This document shows, in pieces, positions 8,168-18,794 of a stretch of DNA of 48,944 bases. Position 1 is the stretch's first letter; each line of letters begins with the position of its first letter. The stretch is from Syntrophaceae bacterium UBA1411. Its GTDB lineage: Bacteria > Desulfobacterota > Syntrophia > Syntrophales > Smithellaceae. The notes below the pieces were generated by a model. That model worked only from the letters and a program-made list of their open reading frames with translations, ran no database searches and was not told the DNA's origin. The stretch lies in assembly GCA_002304995.1 (NCBI GenBank), contig DBPV01000044.1, positions 79,943-128,886 of the forward strand. The letters are read 5' to 3'. A program made the position numbers and the translations under genes.

Positions 8168-9475
8168 ATGATTTTTAAACAGCGAATGGCGCCTGCTAGT
8201 TTCATCGTTATTATTATTCTGTTTTTAACAACCGGTCTTTCAGCCGGCCATTTGTATGGTTCTGAAAAAGTGCCGGATGCGGTTGTTTCCGTCTCGTCCG
8301 GATTCGTCATCGCCGTGGACAAGAAAAAACAGAAGCTCTATGTTTTTCAGAAAAACAATTCTTTCAGGAAAGTTTTTGAGGCAGCCTGTTCCACGGGAAA
8401 AAACCACGGCCGAAAGGAAATATCGGGCGACGCCAAAACGCCGAACGGCATTTTCTTCGTCACCAGTATCGTCAGCAATCCCGGTCCGCCCGAAACTTAC
8501 GGAACGATGGCGCTGCCGCTCGATTATCCGACAGTCACGGATAAGAAAGCGGGACGAAACGGAACGAACATCTGGATTCACGGAACGACCAAACCCCTGC
8601 TGCCCTTTCAAAGCAACGGGTGCGTCGTTCTGGCCGATAAAGACGCTCACGCGCTCGCCCGCTACGTCTTTGTCAACAAGACACCTGTCATTATCGATGA
8701 GACCATTACCTGGGTGCCCCAGGACCAAAGCCATCCCGCCAAAGCGGAATTGGAAAAGATGCTCGCCGCCTGGGCGAAAGGATATGCCGACGGAGACATC
8801 AATGCCATTGACGCCCTGTACCTGGACGGCTATCGGATGAAAAACGACAGGCGGGAAAAACTCGCCGGCGCGCTTCGTTCAGTGAAAAGCATCAACCGGC
8901 ATTTTGACATGACCCCCCGGGATATTTCCATTTTGCATCAAAGCAATCATGCAGTGATCCTGTTCGATTCCAAAAGCGACATTGCCAAAGACGGCGCTTT
9001 CCAGGGCCACTTTCAAAAACTGATTCTGGACAAGATCGACGGCCGGTGGTTTGTCCTGGACGATGCCGGGACTCCCGTCGTCGCAGCGTCCAGGACGGAA
9101 ACCAAGCCGGCTTCGCCGCAGGCGCAGACGAGCGACATCGCAGCGAAAAAATCCATCCAGCGCCTGATTAAAAAATGGTCCGAAAGCTGGCAGACGGGAA
9201 ACATGACCGTTTATCGCGGCTGTTACGCGCCCGCTTTCCGTTCCCAGGGAAGAAATCTTGACGACTGGATTGCACACAAAATCAACGTTCGCCGGCACAG
9301 CGGACGCATGACGGTTCGTATCAGCCATATCGCCATATCCGTCCACAACGGGACCGCCGCCGCGACATTCACACAGAGCTACAGTTCTCAACTGGTCAGA
9401 AGCAAGGGCGCCAAAAAGCTTGAGCTCATGAAAATCAACGGGGAATGGAAAATATACCGCGAAGGCATGCTATAG
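8168..9475 (+). CDS. L,D-transpeptidase/carboxypeptidase (YkuD domain) with two C-terminal NTF2-like domains
   Basis: GDAKTPNG and IWIHG...SNGCV catalytic His/Cys, N-terminal hydrophobic segment, and two W-x-x-x-[YW]...Y NTF2-like modules. Start at 8168 or 8186. Confidence 0.85.
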   Translation: MIFKQRMAPASFIVIIILFLTTGLSAGHLYGSEKVPDAVVSVSSGFVIAVDKKKQKLYVFQKNNSFRKVFEAACSTGKNHGRKEISGDAKTPNGIFFVTSIVSNPGPPETYGTMALPLDYPTVTDKKAGRNGTNIWIHGTTKPLLPFQSNGCVVLADKDAHALARYVFVNKTPVIIDETITWVPQDQSHPAKAELEKMLAAWAKGYADGDINAIDALYLDGYRMKNDRREKLAGALRSVKSINRHFDMTPRDISILHQSNHAVILFDSKSDIAKDGAFQGHFQKLILDKIDGRWFVLDDAGTPVVAASRTETKPASPQAQTSDIAAKKSIQRLIKKWSESWQTGNMTVYRGCYAPAFRSQGRNLDDWIAHKINVRRHSGRMTVRISHIAISVHNGTAAATFTQSYSSQLVRSKGAKKLELMKINGEWKIYREGML

Positions 9476-9584
9476 ATAAACGCCGCCGCTGCCGGCGCTC
9501 CGCATCGATCTTTTTTTCTCCGACCGGAAAAGGCGCCACGCCGTCTTCAAGACCTGCCGCCGAAAAGGCGCGACTCGAAAAGCG

Positions 9585-9613
9585 TTGACAGCTTGAGGCG
9601 ACTCCCCTATATT
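9585..9613 (+). promoter_or_regulatory. putative sigma70 promoter for the radical SAM gene
   Basis: TTGACA-17 nt-TATATT. Confidence 0.65.
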
Positions 9614-9699
9614 TTTCGCCGTGGTGCATGAGGCCCGCCTGTTTTGTATTTTCCGCTCAACGGACGAAACCCAAAAAGCCCTCAAAGAATCGGGATGAC

Positions 9700-11184
9700 A
9701 TGAAAATTCTTCTTTTGTCCATGCCGGACGTGGCGCCGATGATCATGCATGAAAGCGCCTTTCATATGCCCAATTGCGGCATCGCCAGCCTGGGCGCCAA
9801 TGTCGACGGCGGCCACGACGTGTATGTGGCAGATCTGATCCGTAAGCGACGGCGGCCGGGCGGCTACCTCAAAAGGATCCTGTCGGATATCCGGCCGGCG
9901 CTGGTGGGACTTTCCGCCATGGCCTGGCAGTATGAAACCTGCATCCGCGTGATCCGGTTGATCCGCGCGCTCCTGCCCGACGTTAAAATCGTCATCGGCG
10001 GATACCACGCCACGCTGATGCATGAAGAAATCGCCGCTTCCCCCGAAGCGTCCCTGATCGATTTCATGGTGCGCGGAGAGGGAGAAGAAGCTTTCCGCCG
10101 CCTGGTCAATGCTCTGGGCGGCAAAGACCGGTTGGAAAGCATTCCCTCCCTGTCCTACCGGGACAAAGACCGTTTCATCCACAATCCCCGGGGCGGACTT
10201 CTGGACCTCGCAACGCTGCAAAAACCTATCCGGGATCACCGTCGTCTGACGTCTGGATATCATGTTGTCGCCTCAAAAGTCGAAGTCATGGAAACGTCGC
10301 GGGGGTGCACCAGAACCTGCTCCTTTTGCAGCATGAACCACATGTACGGGCGCAGCTTCCGGACCTTTCCCCGGGAGCGGATTCTGGCGGATATCGACGA
10401 CATTTATTACAAACGCAGAACCCGCCTGATTTTCATCGTCGACGACAACCTGGTGCTCGATCCCGGACACGTCGCCTGGCTATGCGAGGCTGTCATCGAG
10501 CGCCGCTACAAGGGACTTCATTTCATCGTCCAGGCCGACAGCGTCTCTCTGTCGCGCAACGAAGAGATGGTCCGGCTGATGTCGCAAGCGGGCATGAAAG
10601 TAATCTTTCTGGGCCTGGAAAGCGCATCCGCGAAAAACCTGACCCTTTCCCGCAAGGGAGACATCGTGGACGCCTCGCGGCGGGCGGTCGACCTTTGCCA
10701 CAAGTACGGCATCATTGTCATCGGAGGATTGATTTTCGGCTTTCCCGACGATGAAGAGGCGGATATTATCGAAAACTACCGCTTCCTTCAAGCGCTGGAG
10801 GCGGACATTCCCTACTGCCAGATTCTGACCCCCTACCCCGCAACCGTCCTGCGCCGGCAACTGCTGGAGCAGGGTCTGGTCACCAACCCCCACGACTTCA
10901 CGCGCTACAACGGCCTGTGGGCGAATGTAAAAACACGGCATCTCGAAGCCCGGCAGTTGCAGTACCTGGTCTGGCTGCACCGCCAGAAGATCATCGGCTG
11001 GTGGGATCCTTCCCGTCTCCTGAAACAGCGGGGAAAGGTGTGGATCCCTGTCTGGACTCACGCGTTGCGCCCGGCGCTGAAATGGATTTTCGATCGCCGT
11101 CTGGCAAAGATGGGCTGGGCCGAACGTTACCGGCAGGACATGGACCGCCAGGCCGGCCTCAATGCGTTTCCGGACCTGGGATAA
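9700..11184 (+). CDS. cobalamin-binding (class B) radical SAM protein
   Basis: N-terminal B12-binding region (VIGGYHAT, VRGEGE), ETSRGCTRTCSFC (CxxxCxxC), FLGLES and LTPYPAT. Confidence 0.92.
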   Translation: MKILLLSMPDVAPMIMHESAFHMPNCGIASLGANVDGGHDVYVADLIRKRRRPGGYLKRILSDIRPALVGLSAMAWQYETCIRVIRLIRALLPDVKIVIGGYHATLMHEEIAASPEASLIDFMVRGEGEEAFRRLVNALGGKDRLESIPSLSYRDKDRFIHNPRGGLLDLATLQKPIRDHRRLTSGYHVVASKVEVMETSRGCTRTCSFCSMNHMYGRSFRTFPRERILADIDDIYYKRRTRLIFIVDDNLVLDPGHVAWLCEAVIERRYKGLHFIVQADSVSLSRNEEMVRLMSQAGMKVIFLGLESASAKNLTLSRKGDIVDASRRAVDLCHKYGIIVIGGLIFGFPDDEEADIIENYRFLQALEADIPYCQILTPYPATVLRRQLLEQGLVTNPHDFTRYNGLWANVKTRHLEARQLQYLVWLHRQKIIGWWDPSRLLKQRGKVWIPVWTHALRPALKWIFDRRLAKMGWAERYRQDMDRQAGLNAFPDLG

Positions 11185-11246
11185 AGAACAAACACCAACG
11201 GTTCTGGGCCCGCCTTTACTTTACGCGAATCCCCGCAACACCCGGT

Positions 11247-12344
11247 TTATTTCGGCAGCCACCCCAGCCCCCGGGCATGGAGGCTCTGAATGTAGAGCCT
11301 GTCGGCGGTTTCGGTCACGCCCGTCGTTTCCGGATAGGCGCCGCCGGGATCCTGCAGATCGGCGACGACCCGGCCGTCTTCGGTAAAGGCAATGACATGA
11401 CCGTAGGCTTTCGGCACCGGCCACAAAAAGCGCGGCAGCCGGAGCGTGATTTTGCGCAGAAACGGTTTTGCAGCGAGTTTGTCCACGACCGCGTTGCGCG
11501 GCTTGGCAAAACCCAGCCAGATTTTGCCGTTTTCCCCTCTCATGAGATTGTCCGGATAGCCGGGCAGGTTTTCCAGAAGCACGCGGGCCTCGTCGCCGCC
11601 CCGGGCCACATCGAGATCGTGTGCGGTCACGGCAATTTTCCAGACACGGTATTTGCCGGTTTCATTGACAAAGAGCGTTTGTTCGTCGCGGCTGAGCGCA
11701 ATGCCGTTGGCAAAGCTCAAGCCCCTGGCCACCACCCGCACGGTTTGCGCAACCGGATCGTACTCCAGAATCCTTCCGGTGGACGACTGCTCCAGAATAT
11801 CCAGGATGCTGGCCTCGAAAGTTCCGCCCCAGTCCGCGGGCGCAAAACGGCCGGACGCGTCGCTGAAGTAAATTTTGCCCGAACCGGCGACAACGACGGC
11901 GTCGGCATAGCGGATCGGCTCGTTGCCGGCTCTGTCGGCAAGGAGAGTGATTTTCCTGTCGGGGCCGACGGACAGCAGACCTTTTACCGCGTCCGCGGCA
12001 ATGAGATTTCCCCGGGCGTCGAAATCAAACCCCAGCACACGCCCTCCGGTATTGACAAAGACCTCCTGCGCACTGCCGTCGGGATTCATGCGGAGAATAT
12101 TGCCGCTCAGCACGGTTGTGTAAAGCTTGCCGTCCTTGCCGATGACGATGTGCTCCGGCCCTTCCTCGGCGCCGAGCGAAATCAGGCGGAGCGAAGCCAG
12201 TTTCGTGTTTGCAGCGTGCGGCCCCGTATAACCGGGCGGTTCGGGCGCCTTCCAGGCAACGGGCTTGAGCGGCACCGGCCACAACAGCAAATACAAAACA
12301 CCCAAAAGCGCAATGCAGATGATGACCAGCAACAGTTTTTTCAT
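11247..12344 (-). CDS. SMP-30/strictosidine synthase-like beta-propeller hydrolase
   Basis: GPEHIV, IYFSDAS, LSFANGIAL and LPGYPDN motifs. N-terminal TM segment; GGAGG before ATG 12344. Confidence 0.9.
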   Translation of the reverse strand: MKKLLLVIICIALLGVLYLLLWPVPLKPVAWKAPEPPGYTGPHAANTKLASLRLISLGAEEGPEHIVIGKDGKLYTTVLSGNILRMNPDGSAQEVFVNTGGRVLGFDFDARGNLIAADAVKGLLSVGPDRKITLLADRAGNEPIRYADAVVVAGSGKIYFSDASGRFAPADWGGTFEASILDILEQSSTGRILEYDPVAQTVRVVARGLSFANGIALSRDEQTLFVNETGKYRVWKIAVTAHDLDVARGGDEARVLLENLPGYPDNLMRGENGKIWLGFAKPRNAVVDKLAAKPFLRKITLRLPRFLWPVPKAYGHVIAFTEDGRVVADLQDPGGAYPETTGVTETADRLYIQSLHARGLGWLPK

Positions 12345-12391
12345 GACGGCCTCCACAAACATTTTCCGGTTATTGAAAAAATACGCCACGC

Positions 12392-13420
12392 TTACTTTTT
12401 CAGGTCTTGCCGATGCTGCTCGTAAAGACCATAAAATGACTTCAGCATATCGGGAATGGGCAGTTCGTAGGGGCATTTCTCGAGGCAATCGCCGCAGGCG
12501 TTGCACTCGCGCGTGCTTTCCATGGGCAGACGGCAAAACTCAACCGCCACGGCGGGCGACATCCGCTGCGCAATCACCCGGTATCCCATGGCCTGCGTGA
12601 TCATAACCCCGTTGGGGCAAGGCTGGCAGTATTCACAGCGGCGGCAAAATTGCCGGCCCAGCTCTTTTCGGTAACGCTCCATCTCGGCAAGGTCGTCCGG
12701 CGTAATCCGATTTTCGGCTGCATAAAAAGAGACGACCTCGTCCACAGCGGCCACCGAGTCAAAACCGGGAATGGGCAGCACATCGGGATACTGCCGCAAA
12801 AATTTAAAGGCGATTTTTGCATTGCCGATCATGCCGCCCGCAAAGGGCTTCATCGCCAGGATGCCGAGATGGCCTGACCGGGCGGCCTGGAAAAGTTCGT
12901 CTGCCGCTGCGGCTTCTATAAAGTTGAAGGGAATCTGGACCGAGCTGAACAGACCGGTTCCGGCCAGTTTCACCGCCATTGCCGGGCTGTGGGACGAAAA
13001 GCCGATGAACCTGATTTTGCCCGCGGCCTGCGCCGCCCGAAGCGCTTCCATCGCGCCGCCCGGCGCCATAATGGCCTGCCAGTCCGCTTCTTTAGACACC
13101 TGATGCAGCTGATAGAGGTCGATATAATCCGTCTGGAGACGCCGGAGGCTTTTGTCGATGTGCCCGGCCATGCCCGCGGCGTCGCGCTTCAGGGATTTGG
13201 ACGCGATCACCACTTTGTCGCGCACGCCGCGAAAGGCGGCGCCGATCTTTTCCTCGCTGTCGAGGTACATGTTGGCCGTATCGTAAAAAGTGATGCCCTT
13301 CTCATAGGCCCGGCGCAGAACATCGCCGGCCTTCTCTTGGCCGAGACGAATGAGAGGAATTCCTCCGAATCCCAGCGCCGAAACGCTTAAGCCCGTTTTT
13401 CCGAAAAGGACTTTCTGCAT
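12392..13420 (-). CDS. aldo/keto reductase with C-terminal 4Fe-4S dicluster domain
   Basis: LGFGG, YDTANMY, SLRRLQTDYIDLYQLH; CRRCEYCQPCP and CNACGDCLEKCP. Confidence 0.93.
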   Translation of the reverse strand: MQKVLFGKTGLSVSALGFGGIPLIRLGQEKAGDVLRRAYEKGITFYDTANMYLDSEEKIGAAFRGVRDKVVIASKSLKRDAAGMAGHIDKSLRRLQTDYIDLYQLHQVSKEADWQAIMAPGGAMEALRAAQAAGKIRFIGFSSHSPAMAVKLAGTGLFSSVQIPFNFIEAAAADELFQAARSGHLGILAMKPFAGGMIGNAKIAFKFLRQYPDVLPIPGFDSVAAVDEVVSFYAAENRITPDDLAEMERYRKELGRQFCRRCEYCQPCPNGVMITQAMGYRVIAQRMSPAVAVEFCRLPMESTRECNACGDCLEKCPYELPIPDMLKSFYGLYEQHRQDLKK

Positions 13421-13637
13421 GGGTGCATCCCCCAGAGCCTGCCGAGTCGCAGGAGATTGATTTCGCCCGCAGCACCGCCCCCTGGCGGCGCGGTCCGCGT
13501 CCTGCCGGCTTCGGCGGGCGTACAGCCAAACGAAATAAGCATGACTTCAGTCCGGTTGCCGCAAACACCTTAGTATAAGAAAAGGGATATTTCAAGGCCG
13601 GGCCGGTCCTCTTAAACATTTCCTGTTAAACATGTCC

Positions 13638-13666
13638 TTGACACCAAAGGCCTTGTTTCTTATCCT
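13638..13666 (+). promoter_or_regulatory. putative sigma70 promoter about 250 nt upstream of the serine hydrolase gene
   Basis: TTGACA-17 nt-TATCCT. Confidence 0.55.
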
Positions 13667-13919
13667 CTTTCCAGCGCAAAAACGATTCTCACTCACCTGC
13701 GTTCGGTTTCCGGCGCCACCAGAGCCGGAACGTGTCACGGCTGTCATTCGCCAGGGTCCTTAAACATTGCGCCGCGGGCGCAATTGCTGGAAAACGGCAA
13801 GAGAAGTCCCGGCTTGGTCATTGCGTCATCACCTTTTATTCCGTTGCCTGCCGGTAGAAAGCGGCCGCGAACAAAGCGGTGAATTTCATTAAAACGAAAA
13901 ATTTCAAAGGAGGGTGGCT

Positions 13920-15131
13920 ATGCGCAAGTGGGCGATTGGAATACTGATCGTACTGGTGGCTGCCGCGGGCATCTTCTGGGCGACGGCCGATAAGGATTTG
14001 CGGCGCCTGATCCTCAACCTGCCGACCGACAGGGACGTCCTCTTCTGGTCCATTGCGCAGCGCGACGCCGGCTTCCGCGCGATGGACCGGATGCCCGTTT
14101 TGGCCAAATCCCGGGTCATTTCCGCCGGTAAAAATGTTTATCCCTTGCCCGTCGGAGAGCCGCTGGAGGTCGGCGTCGATGTCGACGCCTACATGAAGGA
14201 TCAGCGCACCGCCGCTCTGATCATCCTTCAGGACGGCAAAATCCGCCTGGAAAAATACGGGCTGGACTTCGGCTCCGGTCCCGGCAGGCGCTGGACCAGC
14301 TTTTCGGTCGCCAAATCCTTCACGTCGACGCTGGTCGGCGCGGCCATCCGCGACGGCTACATCAAAAGCATTGACGACAAAGTATCGGACTACATTCCGG
14401 ACCTCAGGGGATCGGTTTATGATGATGTCACCATCCGGCAGCTGCTGACCATGACATCGGGTGTGAAGTGGAATGAAGACTACGGCAATCCCCAGTCGGA
14501 CGTCGCCCGGTTCAACGCGCACAAGGCCGATCCGGGCGTCGATGTGACGGTTAGCTATATGCGCCGATTAAAGCGGGAGGCGCCTCCCGGCGCGAAATGG
14601 GTCTACAAAACCGGCGAAACCAATCTGATCGGTGTGCTGATCAGCTCGGCTGCGAAAAAAAACCTCTCCGATTATCTGTCGGAAAAAATCTGGCAGCCTT
14701 TCGGCATGGAGCAAAGCGGCAGCTGGATCCTGGGACCCACCGGCCATGAAATCAGCGGCTGCTGCATGCAGGCGTCAACCCGCGACTTTGCCCGCTTTGG
14801 TCTGTTTATGCTAAATGGCGGTAAAGCGGGCGGTCAACCGGTGTTCCCCGACGGCTGGATGGCCGAAGCAACCGGAAAGCAGGCCGATACCAATTTACCC
14901 GGGTACGGCTACGGCTATCAATGGTGGACCCTGGACGACGACGCGTATACGGCGCAGGGAATTTTCGGCCAGGGCATTTTCATCGATCCCAGGCGGAAAC
15001 TGGTCATCGCTTCGAACAGCAACTGGCCGCACGCCACGGATCTCCAGGGCGGCGACCAGGGTAAAAAGCGCCTGACCTTCTACAGGAAAGTCCAGCAGGC
15101 CCTCGACAGCGAAGCAAAAGCCAAACAATAA
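13920..15131 (+). CDS. serine hydrolase, beta-lactamase class C/NylB-like
   Basis: SFSVAKS (SxxK), LLTMTSG, WVYKT, YGYQWW and AQGIFGQ. AGGAGG RBS and N-terminal TM/signal. Confidence 0.92.
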   Translation: MRKWAIGILIVLVAAAGIFWATADKDLRRLILNLPTDRDVLFWSIAQRDAGFRAMDRMPVLAKSRVISAGKNVYPLPVGEPLEVGVDVDAYMKDQRTAALIILQDGKIRLEKYGLDFGSGPGRRWTSFSVAKSFTSTLVGAAIRDGYIKSIDDKVSDYIPDLRGSVYDDVTIRQLLTMTSGVKWNEDYGNPQSDVARFNAHKADPGVDVTVSYMRRLKREAPPGAKWVYKTGETNLIGVLISSAAKKNLSDYLSEKIWQPFGMEQSGSWILGPTGHEISGCCMQASTRDFARFGLFMLNGGKAGGQPVFPDGWMAEATGKQADTNLPGYGYGYQWWTLDDDAYTAQGIFGQGIFIDPRRKLVIASNSNWPHATDLQGGDQGKKRLTFYRKVQQALDSEAKAKQ

Positions 15132-15138
15132 AAGCAGC

Positions 15139-15176
15139 AAAAGGCCCCCTGTCCTCGCGGACAGGGGGCCTTTTTT
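15139..15176. terminator. intrinsic terminator, probably bidirectional
   Basis: aaaaggccccctgtcc-tcgc-ggacagggggcctttttt, a perfect stem between convergent genes. Confidence 0.9.
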
Positions 15177-15189
15177 AACCTAACAGCCT

Positions 15190-15217
15190 GCCGGGAACGA
15201 TCGCGCCCGTTCCCGGC
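15190..15217. repeat. REP-like palindrome, copy 2
   Basis: gccgggaacg-atcgcgcc-cgttcccggc, a 10-bp stem just past the groEL stop. Similar to 6481-6502. Confidence 0.5.
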
Positions 15218-15229
15218 CATTGTCTTTTC

Positions 15230-16885
<1,656 letters not shown>

Positions 16886-16897
16886 TTAATTGTTTTC

Positions 16898-17188
16898 TTA
16901 TTTTTCAATGATGCCCAGAATGTCGTCTTCTCTCATGATCAGGTATTCTTCGCCGTCGATCTTGACTTCGGTGCCGCCATACTTGCTGAAAAGGACTTTG
17001 TCGCCCACGCTGACTTCGGGCTTGATGAGCTTGCCGTCATCCGCCACCTTGCCTTTGCCGACCGCAATCACTTTGCCTTCAATGGGTTTTTCCTTGGCCG
17101 TATCGGGAATGATGATCCCGCCCTTGGTCTTGTTTTCCTCCTCCAACCGTTTCACAATGATTCGATCCTGTAAAGGTCTGATTTTCAT
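16898..17188 (-). CDS. groES: co-chaperonin GroES
   Basis: [23 protein letters not shown] and EDDILGI. Confidence 0.99.
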   Translation of the reverse strand: MKIRPLQDRIIVKRLEEENKTKGGIIIPDTAKEKPIEGKVIAVGKGKVADDGKLIKPEVSVGDKVLFSKYGGTEVKIDGEEYLIMREDDILGIIEK

Positions 17189-17249
17189 GCTTTTTGATCT
17201 CCTTTCTTCCTTATTGATACGTAATGATTATAGCTTCTTAAGCGGCGCT

Positions 17250-17277
17250 ATTTTATGCACGATTTATCCCGTGTCAA
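17250..17277 (-). promoter_or_regulatory. putative sigma70 promoter of groESL
   Basis: TTGACA-16 nt-TAAAAT on the minus strand. No CIRCE inverted repeat is visible. Confidence 0.55.
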
Positions 17278-17317
17278 GGTTTCGCCGAAAAAAAGTAAAA
17301 AAAGGCAAACGGCAGTT

Positions 17318-18676
17318 TCAAAAAAGATTTTCGACCAGTTCAGCGAGCGTTCCGATCGCCGCGACGCGGATCTTTTCCGCGGCCGCAGCAGAGGGAGAAG
17401 ACGTCCTGGGAATAATGCAGCGGTTGAATCCCAGCCGCGCCGCCTCTTTGATGCGCATATCCATCTGGGAGACGGCCCGCACTTCGCCGGTGAGCCCCAC
17501 TTCGCCCAGTATCACCGTCCGGGGAGCGACCGGCCGGTCCAGGAAGCTCGACGCCAGCGCGGCAACAATTCCCAGATCCACCGCCGGCTCCTCCACCCGA
17601 ACGCCGCCTGCGACATTGATAAAAATGTCCGAGCCGCCCAGGTGCAGCCCGCAGATGCGTTCCAGCACCGCCACCAGAAGCGACACGCGGTTGGAGTCCA
17701 CACCGATGGCGGTGCGTCGGGGCATGCCGAGATTGGATTGCGCCACCAGCGACTGGATTTCGACCAGAATGGGCCGGGTGCCTTCCAGGCTTGCCACCAC
17801 GACGGAGCCGGCCGCGTTTTCCGGCCGTTCGGCCAGGAAAAACGCCGACGGATTGGGCACCTCCTCCAGGCCCCGGTCGCGCATTTCAAAAACGCCGATT
17901 TCGTTGGCGGGACCGAAGCGGTTCTTGATGCTGCGGACGATCCGGTAGGCGTGACCCGAGTCGCCTTCGAAGTACAGCACCGTATCCACCATGTGTTCGA
18001 GAACCTTGGGACCGGCGATCGAGCCGTCCTTGGTGACGTGCCCGATGAGAAAGACGGGAACGCCGTTTTTCTTGGCGGTGAGGATCAGGCGCGACGACGC
18101 TTCGCGCACCTGCCCCACGCTGCCCGGAGCGGACATCAGATCGCCGGAATAGACGGTCTGCACGGAATCGATCACCACCACGGCGGGAGCGACAGCCTTG
18201 ATCTGTTCCAGAATTTTTTCCAGGGACACTTCCACCAGCACCAGGAGATCCCTCGCCTGCGCGCCGATCCGGTCGGCCCGCAGCTTGATCTGAGCGGCGG
18301 ATTCCTCGCCGGACACGTAAAGCACCTTCCGGCCGCCGGCGGCCAGGTTTTTCATCACCTGCAGCATCAGGGTCGATTTGCCGATGCCCGGCTCGCCGCC
18401 GATGAGAATCGCCGAACCGCTGACAATGCCGCCGCCCAGCACCCGGTCGATTTCAGCAAGTCCCGTCGGCGTCCGTTTTCCCTCTTCGGCCGGAATGTCC
18501 TCGATGGGGAGGGGTTTGCCGCCGAAGATCAGGTCGGCCCGGCCACTCGCTTCCGTGTCGGGCAGAGGCTCTTCGGCAAAACAGTTCCAGCCGTTGCAGG
18601 ACGGACACTTCCCCAGCCATTTGGGCGACGCGTAGCCGCAATGCTGGCAGAAAAAACCGGTTTTGTTCTTTTTCAA
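17318..18676 (-). CDS. radA: DNA repair protein RadA/Sms
   Basis: CQHC...CPSC zinc finger, GEPGIGKST Walker A and KNRFG motif. TTG start. Confidence 0.97.
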   Translation of the reverse strand: MKKNKTGFFCQHCGYASPKWLGKCPSCNGWNCFAEEPLPDTEASGRADLIFGGKPLPIEDIPAEEGKRTPTGLAEIDRVLGGGIVSGSAILIGGEPGIGKSTLMLQVMKNLAAGGRKVLYVSGEESAAQIKLRADRIGAQARDLLVLVEVSLEKILEQIKAVAPAVVVIDSVQTVYSGDLMSAPGSVGQVREASSRLILTAKKNGVPVFLIGHVTKDGSIAGPKVLEHMVDTVLYFEGDSGHAYRIVRSIKNRFGPANEIGVFEMRDRGLEEVPNPSAFFLAERPENAAGSVVVASLEGTRPILVEIQSLVAQSNLGMPRRTAIGVDSNRVSLLVAVLERICGLHLGGSDIFINVAGGVRVEEPAVDLGIVAALASSFLDRPVAPRTVILGEVGLTGEVRAVSQMDMRIKEAARLGFNRCIIPRTSSPSAAAAEKIRVAAIGTLAELVENLF

Positions 18677-18794
18677 TGTGTGTTTCCCCTTGAATGGGAT
18701 GGCCTACCAGAACATATTTTCCTGCAAAATGCCAACGGGAATTGACCGGGAACGCTTTGATGAAACAAAACACATTCCGGAGCGTCCGCCGGGA

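Noticed and set aside
13799-13815. aagagaagtcccggc, resembling the RNase P RNA 5' motif GAGGAAAGUCC
   Set aside because: Poor match and no downstream conserved RNase P elements. The nearby gccagggtccttaa also lacks the rest of a cyclic-dinucleotide riboswitch.
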